DNA of 63,363 nucleotides, filler included, from Craspedostauros australis (GCA_030167865.1; 12 parts of 12 records of this genome joined end to end with filler, not necessarily neighbours in it), one strand, 5' to 3'. Shown: positions 47,401-59,470, counted from the first letter of the whole stretch. The notes: generated by a model not told the origin, from the sequence alone. Numbers and translations are program-made.

Positions 47401-49673
47401 ATGAAGTGCAATCAATTTGAGATCAAGATTGCCGTGATGGGCTACGTCAGGTAAGTCCGCATGTTGTCACGCTGGCAAGCTGACATCAAGTCGAATCGGT
47501 TGTATCGGTTGTATCCCGTCGATGTCCGTCCCTTTGCACGTCCTTGTCCATTATCTTCAACAAATTGTTGGTCCACTCGTTGATGAGAGTTGGTGCAGAA
47601 CATTCCAGAAATGATCTCACCCACACCAAAACTGATCTTCTTTGCCGTACTCCACATCTATCTGCTTCCCGTCCGACTCTTCACCAAACGGCACCATTCA
47701 GTGTGGGCAAGTCCACTGTTCTCAATGCTTTGCTGGGAAAGAAGTTCAGCGAAGTGTCAATGAAACGGACCACCGCTTGTGTCAACCATTTCAAGATCGT
47801 CCATCCGCAATCAGAGCCATCTGCAGCTGCATCTTCGACCAGCAAAGCCAAAGGCGCAAAGTCCAAGGATGTGGCCACCAGCGCGAGCTCGGATGTGTGG
47901 TATGACGCCAACGATGAAATAGCTGCGAAGAGCATCACGTCGGCTGCAGAAACTCATGAGACCATCAAGAAGGACAACCAGGAGCTGCGTGCGAGCAACG
48001 TCGTCCAAGAAAAGTCCTTCGTTATCCAGGCAGACCACACCATCGTTTCCATGAGAAGCGACTGCAATCTAGTGATCACGGATATCCCTGGAATCAACGA
48101 GGCCGGCACCGACAGCGTCTACAAGAATTGGGTGTCCCAGTCCTGGAAGACGTTCGACTGCGTCATCGTTGTGATGGATGCACTGCAAGGTGTCAACACG
48201 GAGGAACAGGTCGAGATTCTCAATTTCGCGAAGAAGAACAACGCAGAATCCAAAGACATCCCCGTCATCGTCGTTGGAAACAAGGTGGATGACCCGGACG
48301 ACGAAGAAGAGCAGGAGCTTGTCACTGAGGTTCGAGAGGCCGTGGAAAAGATCTTCGGTTCGGGATGTGGCGCGGATGCACTGACGAAATTCAGTGCGGA
48401 GGTCAAGAAGGGCCGTCACTGCACTATCGACAGCAAAGGGGGGTCATTCTCCGCCTTTGTTCCGATCTCCGCAATGCGAGCATTCCTCTATCGCACTGCT
48501 GCTGGCCTTTCCCTCGAAGAGTTCAAGAAGCTTGACATGAACTTGATCGGAAAGATTGGTGAGGACGAAGTGGGTCGTTTCAAGTGGAAGAAGATGAGTG
48601 CAGAAAAGAAGATCAAGGTCGTGCACGCGGCAATCCAAACCAAAGAGGACTATGAGGAGCGAATGGAAGCAACGAACTTCGACGCACTCTTGGCTGTCTT
48701 GGAGTACGCGCTTGGCGGTGACGCGGTCCAAGCCTCTTTGATCGAGAAGCAGATCCAGATTGAACTTGCGGGGCTGTCGCAACTTCGTCTTGAGCAAGGA
48801 GAATTGTCCAAACATCTCCACCGAGCCCACAAGAAATGCGTTGCGGTCGGCTTGCCAAATGATCTTGTCAAGGATGCCTTCAAATCCTTCCACAAGCACG
48901 ACGCAATGAACGCACTGAGGCATTTTCGTCTTCAGGCAAGGCAAGAGACCCTTGGGAACTGCTTGGGTCGTCTCTATGAGTTCGGAACACTCTGTAGAGA
49001 CCTTGGCTGGGCCGAAGAGAAGGAATGGGTTGCAGCTCAGATGCGGCACTTGCTGAAAAAGCAGTTCGTGGTCGTCATCGACGAAAGCAGCGCATGGGAT
49101 GTGGAAGAGTGGTACAGGAGCTGCCGCACGCCCAGCAATGACGCATGGAAGTCCACGGAAAGGTCATGGAAGACCTTATCACCAAGAAGTTGGATGGCCA
49201 TCTTCGAATCATTGCTCCTAATGATGAACGAGATGTCCGTCATTGCACACTTTGGGCGAGAGAAGATCATCTTGCATGAAATGAATGCCCGTATGCAGAG
49301 GCTCTGCGATGGTGCATGCTTGATGTACGAGAATTCCAGCATGAAGTGCACTTCAATGCGCAACGTGCCAACGTACTCGCACTACCGAGGGTGCAACATA
49401 TCTGAATCACAATCTTGCCTGAAACGAAACGAGCCGGAGCCGACGTGTTGCAAGAGTTGCAAACGCTCAAAGAAGGCGGCTGAATACAATCAATTGATCG
49501 CTGACATTGCCGATTCCATGAAGGGTACCTACAAGAACGGGAATTTCGTTCCGTTGGACGAGGCCACGTATTCCAAGTTTGTCACGTTGGATGTTCCCGA
49601 TGAGCCGCTCGATCCGAATCACTTCGGTCACGCCTTGTGGAACTACATCAACTACCAGACCGGAATATTGTAA
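47401..49673 (+). CDS. Dynamin-superfamily (Dynamin_N-like) large GTPase; exons 47401-47450 and 47702-49673, about 673 aa
   Basis: Donor GTAAGT at 47451 and acceptor CAG ending at 47701 rebuild IAVMGYVSVGKSTVLNALLG (G1). G2 is KRTT, G3 is DIPG and G4 is NKVD. The C-terminal region is helical with a Cys cluster. Confidence 0.88.
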
Positions 49674-50007
49674 ACTGTTCTACTCTATACTTCAGTCTGT
49701 TATGCTTGTACGCAAGGCATTATGACGATGTTGATTTATCATCCGTCTGTGCGCACAGCAGTCAGAATGCTGTCTACCTACAAATACACGTACGATAGTC
49801 TCACATGTTGCAACAAGCGTTGTCGCTTCACGAGATCAATATGTTTTTCATTCGAATGGTAGTCTTGCTTTCTTCCGACGGTCGCCAATGCTGGAGGATG
49901 CTGTGGGATGCAGATGAAGCAGCTAGCCGGGGCAAACCATGAAGCTGGTTCAAGGAGCAACCGCGTGCGCGTCTTTGATCTTCCTTCTCCAAGATCGCGG
50001 TTCACAA

Positions 50008-50594
50008 TCACTGTGTGGAGACTGCCTTGGCGATGTATGATACCTTGGGGTACAACTCTTCCAGGTAGGCGTTGCNCTTCNTCTGGATCAGCGCCTCGAT
50101 GGCTTGACCAATGGGGGAGAAGCCCTGTCTAGCAAGGATGGCGTTGCCTTGATCACGCGTGTTGATCAAGATCTCGCCCGTGTGCGTGTTGGGACCTGCC
50201 GTCGCAAAGACCGCGGTTCCGTGTGCGTTAGCGACCTTGGCCGGATCATCGGGAAGGCTGGCCGATCGCCACTTGGTTTGCACGTTGGGATCGCCGTTGA
50301 TACCGAACTGAGCGATGAAACCACGCAGGATACCTACGGAGGATTCGACATTCGTCAGCGAAACCTGGATCCGTTAGATCGGTGAATCGCTGCACGCTGC
50401 GTGGTGCCCAATCGGGTCACATTTGGATCTTGACGCTCTCCGTCTTGCCGACCCCGCCATCCAGGTTGACAATTTGGACCTCGATGTTGCGGCCGCCCTC
50501 GATGCCGTCATCCACCGCCAGAGTGGGTGACGCCAACGTGGTGGCAGCGGCGGCTCCGAACGCAACACGGCTGACTCCACGGAAGAATTCGCGA
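50008..50594 (-). pseudogene. Cyclophilin-type peptidyl-prolyl isomerase pseudogene, probably from a plastid-lumen protein
   Basis: Reads VKIQM*PDWAPRSVQRF, then a frameshift near 50330 into GFIAQFGINGDP...VFATAGPNT...ILINT...QGFSPIG...NAYLEELYPKVSYI. TGA at 50417-50419; the usual GMDVVD...GP segment appears deleted. Confidence 0.8.
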
Positions 50595-51792
50595 NNNNNN
50601 NNNNNNNNNNNNNNNNNNNNNNNNNNNNNNNNNNNNNNTTAATTAATTAANNNNNNNNNNNNNNNNNNNNNNNNNNNNNNNNNNNNNNNNNNNNCAGTAC
50701 TGAATGAACGGAGTGTCGAATGCGGAGTACGCATCGAACACGGAGTATCGTGTAGCGCGAGCACACGATGTTGAGAGAGAGAGAGAATACGAAGAGTGGC
50801 AAGAGAGCATCTCGCGTACGGACTCATAGTCGGAGACCAAATCTACAAAACAGATTGAAGCACCAAGAGCATCGGGCAAGAGAATGGACACCGAGAGGAT
50901 TGGAGTCTCAACGTAATGAAATAGCAAGCAGAACGACTATGAACAACACTGTCTTCCACGATTGTAGGCTTCCAATCATGGAACTTGCCAACACATCACA
51001 TCACTGGTAATTGCAACCATGTTTGTCATGTCCGCATTGCTGTTCTTGGATGGTCTTGGGTTGGTTGCTCTGATTCATATTCCGTTGCTCTTTCTGATTG
51101 TTTCTATCTTTTGGGTGACTCCCAAGTGTCCTTGTCCATCAGAGCGCACAGAGCACGCCCAATGTGGTGTATGCTGTTCTCCTGGAGAGGGTTCAGTTGC
51201 ACCCATACTCCTGATCGTGTTCAGGTTCATCCCCAGTGGTGGGATTCCTGATTCACACTTGTGTTTTCATGTCTATTTGGAACAGGCCACATTGCTCAAC
51301 ATGACTGGTTGTCTTGCAAAGTGGGACATGCTACAAGGCAGCCCAAGTGTGATCTACACAAGTTGACTTGTTGAGCCTGAATGATATCATTGAAAGGTGT
51401 GGTAAAGTTTGATATAATGACACATCTGCATCATTGATTCCTGACATGCGTGGTCCCGTCATCACACATCGAAGCCGTTGTATTGTGTTGGACAAGCGAT
51501 GATGTTTTTGGCGAAAATCCTGATTCCGCCGCGACTGAAGAAGATGGCGCCAAACAAAACAGAACGAAAAGATCGTGAAATCGACGAATCCACAAATCCA
51601 AACAAAGAGCGAACACAACAAACGAGAGCAACCAAGAAAGCACGCATGTGTTGTGGTTTGCACACACAGCGACCACAATAGATGCACCAGCACAACCGAC
51701 TGACTTCACTCCACCATCGCAAGAGTGCATCGATCTATCATTCCATTGACCGATCCATCCTTCGATCCAACCCCACTGCACATCTGACAATC

Positions 51793-53541
51793 ATGGACCC
51801 TCACGATGGGTGGGAAGGTACGCACAACGAGAGAGATGGCGATCATGGTGTCATTATCGCACGATCGCGTGTATCTTTGGCGCCAAAACAGCAACTGCCT
51901 GATTGCACGAGCAGAAGTGCGAGCATCCCCATGGCGTCGCATGCCTGGCAAGATGAGAGCGTGCGCTCCCATTGCAACGCGGTCAGCCAGTCGCAATCGC
52001 TTGCCGACGTGGCTGAGCACGGTGGCGGGCTCCAGGGACACGAGTATGCACACTCTGGCGGTGCACGGCTGCGTTCGTTCCAAGTCTCTGCGTTGCATCC
52101 GCAGTCGCGAGGCTTCTCCTCCTTCGTCGTTCCACAGCGGTCGGCGACGGCAGCTGGCTTCGAAACCTGGCATCCTGAGCAGCCGCAAGACCGCAGCCAG
52201 CACCATGGAGACCGCGAAGATGATGATTTCGAGTGCAGTTCCGCGATGCCGCATGGAAGCCATCATGCATCGACGCCGGGATTGTTGACGCGGTCGCAGG
52301 TGGCTTCATGCTGCGCAAGCTCTACAACGCACTGCAACCATGACGACCTCATTCTCCGAGTTTCGCCGCAGGAAGTGATCCGTCGCATTGAGCAGCAGAT
52401 CTTGCAGCCAGTGTTACAGGATTGGTTGGATCATGACCGCTGTCCCGTCGTCGCCAACAGGCACTTTGCGCATGTCACGCAATGCCGCAGTCTCACTTCC
52501 ATTCTTCTCGTGGCGACCTACTGTCATGAGCTATTGCAACAGAATCGTGATATTGCCGACTCTCATCGTCCAACCACGCTCAATGCACAGGCAACAGCAG
52601 CAGCAACAGCAGCAACAACAACAACAACATTGACGTCACAACCAACTGCACGATCTAAGACGACCACCACACGAGAACTGTACTATCACTACATCACGCA
52701 CTTCCGCAATCAGCAGGAGTGCGACACCGCCATTTGGGAATTGGCATCGCACCTGCAGGTCCCCCGATACGCGCTGGGTTTGCACGCGTCGCCCAAAGGC
52801 TGGATGTGCGGTTGCTTCGATCTCTACGACGCCGAGACGCACCGCCTCGTCATTGACGGACGCTCCTTCCACACGGCGCACGGCGTGCCCATCACGACGG
52901 ACATCATCGATGCAAGCGCGCGGTCGATCCTCACGTCGCGCGACGCCCAATTCCTTTTGGTGGTGGAAAAGGAGGGCATCTACACGAGGTTGTGCCAGGA
53001 CGGTTTCTTCCGCGACATGCCCTGCATCTTGATCACGGGCAAAGGATTTCCGGATTTGGCGACGCGTCAACTCGTGCAGATCCTGCATTGCAAGCTCAAG
53101 CTGCCCGTCTACGGGCTCTGTGATTGCAATCCCTTCGGCGTGTCGTTGTTGCAGTCGTACCAGTACTCATCCGGCATGTCGTCGTCCATGACGGCGCGTC
53201 AAGGCTCGCGCAATTCCAAGCACCACGCGGCTGTGACGGCCAATCTCCGGATGGAATGGATCGGGCTGCTGCCCTCGTCCATACCGCAGTTGGAACTGCC
53301 GCGCCATGTGCACCAGCCCATGACGAAGCTGGATCAGCGGCGGCTGCAAACCATCCGGCAGCAACGACGCGGCAACAGCGAAGTATTGAGATGTGGACCC
53401 GTCTCCTTCGAGGCAGAATTGGACGCCATGACGACCAAGGTGGAGCTCGAGGCCTTGCATTGGAAGGGGATGGACTTTTTGGCACGATGGGTCGGGCAGC
53501 AGATCCGTTCGCGGCAAACGATGCGGGGAGAGCAGTGCTAG
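51793..53541 (+). CDS. SPO11: Meiotic recombination transesterase SPO11 (Spo11-2 type, TopoVI-A family); ORF open from 51682
   Basis: TTRELYY (catalytic Tyr), LGLHASPKG, LVVEKEG, ILITGKGFPDLATR, LCDCNPFG (DxN Toprim variant typical of Spo11-2) and KVELEAL. Confidence 0.93.
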   Translation: MDPHDGWEGTHNERDGDHGVIIARSRVSLAPKQQLPDCTSRSASIPMASHAWQDESVRSHCNAVSQSQSLADVAEHGGGLQGHEYAHSGGARLRSFQVSALHPQSRGFSSFVVPQRSATAAGFETWHPEQPQDRSQHHGDREDDDFECSSAMPHGSHHASTPGLLTRSQVASCCASSTTHCNHDDLILRVSPQEVIRRIEQQILQPVLQDWLDHDRCPVVANRHFAHVTQCRSLTSILLVATYCHELLQQNRDIADSHRPTTLNAQATAAATAATTTTTLTSQPTARSKTTTTRELYYHYITHFRNQQECDTAIWELASHLQVPRYALGLHASPKGWMCGCFDLYDAETHRLVIDGRSFHTAHGVPITTDIIDASARSILTSRDAQFLLVVEKEGIYTRLCQDGFFRDMPCILITGKGFPDLATRQLVQILHCKLKLPVYGLCDCNPFGVSLLQSYQYSSGMSSSMTARQGSRNSKHHAAVTANLRMEWIGLLPSSIPQLELPRHVHQPMTKLDQRRLQTIRQQRRGNSEVLRCGPVSFEAELDAMTTKVELEALHWKGMDFLARWVGQQIRSRQTMRGEQC

Positions 53542-54555
53542 CGTGGTCGTGCGCAGTCAATGGTCGATTGTTTTCGTTCGACGGTGCGGAAGGCCGTCAG
53601 CGACATCAGCAACGTCGGCAGCTATGGAGGTATAGAGAACAGGCATCATTGAGATTTGCGGCTCACAATCTCGCTGCTGTGCCACTGTTCGACATAAAAC
53701 AGTGCGGTGTTTGGTCAATGCACATTCTGCGAGTACATGCTGTGATTGTTTCATGGACGCACAATACTTTCAGCCACCGCAACTGCCGATACTTGGGGCT
53801 CTTGCTTCCGATGATCTTCTTCTCTGGATGTTGTTGACCATGCTGTGTTGATCCACCGCATGTTGGGTTGCTCGTGTTCTGTGCGAGCCTCACCATCACT
53901 TGCGCGAAAGGTGGTGACGCACTCCTTCTCTCTTGAGGGTGAAGGGCTCTGTTTCGGATCTTGCGAGTGCGTTGGATCGTGACAGGTCTTGTGACCACAT
54001 CTTCTCTCTCTCTAGCTCTCGGAAGAGAAATGGAATCTGGATGGAGGAGGAGGTTTGGTTGCAGCTGTTCAACTCGTTGTCGTGTTGGTCGGAGTTGTCG
54101 TTGCTCCGCAGATTTTGTGGGAGGTTCGTGCGTTGGGTTGTGCTCTGCCAGCTCGCGATCAATCGTGCAAGTTCCCGGACGGACACGAGAACAACACGAA
54201 GGCACCACCATTTTTGTGCAAACCAGTCCAATGCGACGTCACATGCGACACGAACCAACCAAATTGTGAGGTGCATTTCACAACACAAAAACAAGGCCGT
54301 TGAATCGAAATCATGTTCTTGTCTCCACTGCGCACCTCCACCTCTTTCTGAGGTCACAAAGTCACACGCCCATCCGCAGCGCAAGACGCGATGCCCCACA
54401 CAGCGTCACATCGATTATCTTCGTACTCGTATGTAAATCACCACCGACAGCATCANNNNNNNNNNNNNNNNNNNNNNNNNNNNNNNNNNNNNNNNNNNNT
54501 TAATTAATTAANNNNNNNNNNNNNNNNNNNNNNNNNNNNNNNNNNNNNNNNNNNN

Positions 54556-55389
54556 GTGATCGTGAATTGACGGATTGATGGCTGTCGTATCGGAGACATC
54601 ACGGTATTTTGCCCAAGTAAGATCATCATGATTCTCCAGCGCAAAGTATCGATGGCATTCACACGATCGTGTATCATAAGTATTGTACAATGTTGCTCTG
54701 CGGAGTGTGGTAGGTATGGTGCTCTGTTGATGGCCACGGTGGAGCAAGGAACAAGGAACAGACGTGTGGGATTGGAGTGGGAGGACCCATTCTCCGTTGT
54801 GAATGATGAATCGGCATCTCTGGCACGGTATGCCATACTCGTATCGAGAGTGAAGACTATCTCTCTGAAGTGGCCTCTCCCTACTTGCTCGTAGTCGTAC
54901 TACTATGCAGCGAGTTGCCTCCGTTGTTGTGTGCTGTGTGTTGTGCAGATCGCAGATGAGGATCATGGCGACACATCGCAACAGAGTGATCGTGTGGATG
55001 TTGTTTGTTGGAGTGATTCAGATCAACGGATCCAGCCGTTAAAGACGTTTGCAGAACAAGTTCAAATGTGCCACCTTCCGAAATCGTTGCGACGCACTCT
55101 TTGCGTGTTGCATCCCCTGTCCAGAGACATTCAGTTCTGCATAGTAGATCATATTATATAATATTCTATGACAGTACATCTATCAGATATCTGCGACCGT
55201 GAGTCGGCCACGATGGTTGCTGTTGGGGGCCCATGCATGGAGGAGTAAGGATCTGGCCCATCTTCAGTACTCCACAAAGACGACATCTTCAACTGCGAGG
55301 AAGCCTATGACAGAACCACCGAGTTGTCCATGCTCCTGCTTCGGAATGAACAGAGAACAGAGAAAAGAACAAAGTTCCAAACTCCACTC
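54556..55389 (+). repeat. 834-bp direct repeat, copy 1 (contig start)
   Basis: Matches 57234-58067 at an offset of 2678 bp; the ORF translations are identical. Confidence 0.95.
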
Positions 55390-55563
55390 TTTGCTGCGTA
55401 AGTGCCTCAAGGTGCTCAAGCTTATCAGTGCTGATCAATGCCAGCGTGTTGTGGAGTGCGTCGTGGAGCGTGACGTGGAGTGGGTGTTCCTATTTTATCA
55501 CCCACCTCATCCCAATCTCCTCCTTGCCACATCCAATCAATTGGCTTCACTGTTGCCGTTCTG

Positions 55564-56829
55564 CTATTTGGTCTCCAACGATCGGATCTTCTCCAACAGA
55601 GAGGACCGGTCCATGTCCTCTTCCAACATCACATCATCTCTTTTCTCCAACCATTCATACAGCTCGTCGATCCGCATTCGGTCAAATTTGTCTCCAGTTG
55701 TCTTCGTCAAGTCCTCACAACTTGCATACTGATGAATCTCCCTCATCAGCTCAACTGACTCAATCAGTTGACCGGCCTCACGTTGCCGTAACACTTTGTC
55801 CATATTCTTCCCCACCACCCTGATGCACTCTTCTTTCATCACATAGCAGCTGTGTGCATCTGCAAACAACAGAAGGTCGACGCATGAAGTCAGGTGGAGA
55901 TGCTTTGCTGTCAACTTCGTCTCCAGCAAGATCTTGAGCTTCCAACAACCGAAGCGGTTGGCAACGATAAGCAGATCTTGCAATTGACGTCGGGTCATGT
56001 CATCTGCAAGGAAGGATGTATCATCAGCATAGATGAAACGAAGCACAAATCGGAAATGGTCGGGGTCGATCGTTGGAAACGAGATTGACTTTCCGTCACC
56101 ATCTTCCTCCTCGACAGTTGTAGCTTCATCAATGATTGATTTCATGGCTGGTGCACCCAACAACAGCTGCCTGGTGTTCGCTTTGATGCGTTGTTGCTGA
56201 TCATCGGAGCCAACAACGAAGGTGATGTCAGTGTGAGCCTCAGTTCGAAGCATCTTGAGCCGTTCTTTGTTGAAACTTAGGGATGAAGTCCAGCGCTTNC
56301 AGATATGCTCCAGCTGATCGAACTTGATGTGGATAGATAGAATGTCATCATCGAGTCCACGGTCGAGCACCTGTTTCATGGTCGTAAATTCGTCCCATCC
56401 CCAATTGGTATCTTTGCCCAAACAACATGTATATTCTCTTGTGGTCTTGGTGATACCCAACTTGGGAATCGAGGCTGTGTACTTCACAGAGTACTCTTCA
56501 TCCAACAACCATGACGCTTCGTCGAGATAAAGATACATCCCAACAAGATATCTTTGAGGTGAGTAGCAGCATCCCACCCGCTGCGCATCATTTTTTGAGA
56601 ACTTTAGCATGAACTTCCATCGAGCACCGCCGCACCCAAAGACAGGAGAGTACTTCTCCGTGAGTTGTTGGCACTTGACCTTAGAGAACTGATGAAACTT
56701 CACGACAATCAGGTGTTTCTCATGGTCATCATCACAATCGTCGTCGTTGTTGCCGTCGTTCTCATTCTTTCCCCGCTTGTTGATGTGTACGACCTTCACG
56801 GTCTCGTTGTTGTTGAGTGGTTGAGACAT
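55564..56829 (-). CDS. MATH-BTB(-BACK) protein, SPOP-like Cullin3 adaptor with a C-terminal SAP-like motif, 421 aa
   Basis: MATH: SPVFGCGGARWKF, VGMYL, NWGWDEF. BTB: TDITFVVG, IDPDHFRFVLRFIY, LLIVANRFG. Then LLLFADAHSCYVMKEECI and MRIDELYEWLEKR...DRSSLLEKIR. Confidence 0.9.
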   Translation of the reverse strand: MSQPLNNNETVKVVHINKRGKNENDGNNDDDCDDDHEKHLIVVKFHQFSKVKCQQLTEKYSPVFGCGGARWKFMLKFSKNDAQRVGCCYSPQRYLVGMYLYLDEASWLLDEEYSVKYTASIPKLGITKTTREYTCCLGKDTNWGWDEFTTMKQVLDRGLDDDILSIHIKFDQLEHIXKRWTSSLSFNKERLKMLRTEAHTDITFVVGSDDQQQRIKANTRQLLLGAPAMKSIIDEATTVEEEDGDGKSISFPTIDPDHFRFVLRFIYADDTSFLADDMTRRQLQDLLIVANRFGCWKLKILLETKLTAKHLHLTSCVDLLLFADAHSCYVMKEECIRVVGKNMDKVLRQREAGQLIESVELMREIHQYASCEDLTKTTGDKFDRMRIDELYEWLEKRDDVMLEEDMDRSSLLEKIRSLETK

Positions 56830-57233
56830 CGTCGAAGATGATGTGGTTCTGCAACCAGAATGAGAGCAAGTGAGGGGTGGAGGAAGAGACGGATGCTTGG
56901 AAGGGGGACAGATTGAGGGTGCATGAACGGTTTATGAGCAAATTGTGGAATCTGATACCATGGACAGCATCAATTTCACGCTACATCTTCATTGCAGCTC
57001 AACTTTCCGCTCAACTTTCCCGCATTGATGAGAGGTCATCATGTAGAGTACGACAACCCACGATACTGAGGCGCTGCGCTGAGCGTGGAATCATGCCGTA
57101 GTCCATGGTAGTCACTGCACGAGTGCTCAGACCATCTGGATCTGTATCTTCATCTGCATCTTGCTGCGCAATACTCTGTGACCACACGATCACACGATCA
57201 CACGATCATTCGATCACATGATCACGCGAAGAT

Positions 57234-58067
57234 GTGATCGTGAATTGACGGATTGATGGCTGTCGTATCGGAGACATCACGGTATTTTGCCCAAGTAAGA
57301 TCATCATGATTCTCCAGCGCAAAGTATCGATGGCATTCACACGATCGTGTATCATAAGTATTGTACAATGTTGCTCTGCGGAGTGTGGTAGGTATGGTGC
57401 TCTGTTGATGGCCACGGTGGAGCAAGGAACAAGGAACAGACGTGTGGGATTGGAGTGGGAGGACCCATTCTCCGTTGTGAATGATGAATCGGCATCTCTG
57501 GCACGGTATGCCATACTCGTATCGAGAGTGAAGACTATCTCTCTGAAGTGGCCTCTCCCTACTTGCTCGTAGTCGTACTACTATGCAGCGAGTTGCCTCC
57601 GTTGTTGTGTGCTGTGTGTTGTGCAGATCGCAGATGAGGATCATGGCGACACATCGCAACAGAGTGATCGTGTGGATGTTGTTTGTTGGAGTGATTCAGA
57701 TCAACGGATCCAGCCGTTAAAGACGTTTGCAGAACAAGTTCAAATGTGCCACCTTCCGAAATCGTTGCGACGCACTCTTTGCGTGTTGCATCCCCTGTCC
57801 AGAGACATTCAGTTCTGCATAGTAGATCATATTATATAATATTCTATGACAGTACATCTATCAGATATCTGCGACCGTGAGTCGGCCACGATGGTTGCTG
57901 TTGGGGGCCCATGCATGGAGGAGTAAGGATCTGGCCCATCTTCAGTACTCCACAAAGACGACATCTTCAACTGCGAGGAAGCCTATGACAGAACCACCGA
58001 GTTGTCCATGCTCCTGCTTCGGAATGAACAGAGAACAGAGAAAAGAACAAAGTTCCAAACTCCACTC
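57234..58067 (+). repeat. 834-bp direct repeat, copy 2 (contig end)
   Basis: See copy 1. Confidence 0.95.
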
Positions 58068-58439
58068 NNNNNNNNNNNNNNNNNNNNNNNNNNNNNNNNN
58101 NNNNNNNNNNNTTAATTAATTAANNNNNNNNNNNNNNNNNNNNNNNNNNNNNNNNNNNNNNNNNNNNGTGCAGGGTCAAGGATGATGTTCGCATTGATCG
58201 TTGCCAAAAGTTTGTGCAGTAGTGGCAGGAGCAGAGAGCTCCTGTCCAAAGAGCGGAGCAGACGGAGCCACGTCTCCGTTGCAAGCCTTCATCAGTCGTA
58301 CCACTCGTCACCAATCGTGTTGCGGCTGTGGCTGCACCTGCACTGACATGGGTGATGCTACTCTTTCTCTCTCTCTCTCTCTCTTGCTTCTACATCATCA
58401 TCTTCACGCCCTGTATACTTGTAGGTCATATGCATCTTT

Positions 58440-59470
58440 GCACTCTTAACAAAGTGTGTTGGAAATCCAGAGTTATAGTAGTAGTAATCTAATCTGTTAT
58501 TCGATCATACTGTTTCAGAACTGTGAGCTCAATCTCATCATCTCTTTCAATTTCACATCAGGCATGCTCTGTAGTACCATCATGAGATACCGTTGTATTC
58601 ATAGCTGCTCTCCCTAGTGATCATCATGCCTTGCTTCATACATCTTCATGTGCATCTCATCATGTCCTTGTCATGACATCTCATTGTGCATATCTGCACA
58701 CTTGCTATTGTCTACATTCATGCAGTACGTTTCCGCAGTCATGCATCCATCTTGTCACAAGTTTTGCCTTGATCCTGTGACATCTTGATTGCACCTGCTT
58801 TACAATTGGTGTCATCTTGATTGCTTTTCTGAATCATTCTGATTGTCCAATCATACAAATGATCTTGTCCATCTGAGACATGTGTTACATCCTCCAGATG
58901 TAGGTTTCTGTTTCTCAGATTAGATGCAACTCCTACCCATTGCCCTGCAATCCTTCTCCTATGACACCATCAACTGAGTTGTCACATTGTCTGTCTAACG
59001 TTGAGACATCCTGTCTTGTGTCATCATGGTTTTCTTGTTAGAGGGGGGCAGGCTGATTTTTTTGGTAAGACTGAGATCAGTCCTGTTTGTGTTGGGTCAA
59101 GGGTGTGATCATATTGGAAATCTGGAGTGGTGGTGATAGTATAAAGCTAATCATTTGTTAGAATCTACTTCTCTGAACTGTGAGCTCTTCATTGCTCTCA
59201 GCTTCCAAAGTTTGATCTCCTCCTGAGATCTCCATGGGTCCATCTACTAGTCAAGCATACATCCATCTTGCATTCATCTCAAATTCATCATGCACATGCA
59301 TGCACTACCAAGTTGCCCATGCCCATGCACTCATCACGTTGTCTTGCCTCAAATAGTTGTGTTAGCATAGGCATCGCTGAATCACAGGTGTGACCTGACT
59401 CATTCCATTCGATCGGATCACAGTCTTCATGTTTCACAAGAACAGCTTGGACAATTGCTCCTGCAACTAC
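58440..59470. mobile_element. CpG-depleted transposon relic with two diverged LTR-like starts (58457 and 59112)
   Basis: Few CpG, many TG/CA and no ORF of 60 aa or more. T(G/A)TTGGAAATC(C/T)RGAG...GAACTGTGAGCTC occurs twice. Confidence 0.45.

Noticed and set aside
47544..47701. N-terminal 52 aa of the 709-aa ORF-track protein
   Set aside because: This stretch lies within the intron 47451-47701; the real N-terminus comes from exon 47401-47450.
31661..58067. A gene cluster linking the LINE, copia, dynamin-like GTPase, SPO11 and MATH-BTB (defence or meiosis island)
   Set aside because: These lie on different concatenated contigs, so their adjacency carries no information.
54556..58067. The 834-bp repeats as LTRs of a gene-capturing retroelement
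   Set aside because: No PBS, PPT or defined TG...CA ends were seen; both repeats simply run into the contig ends.
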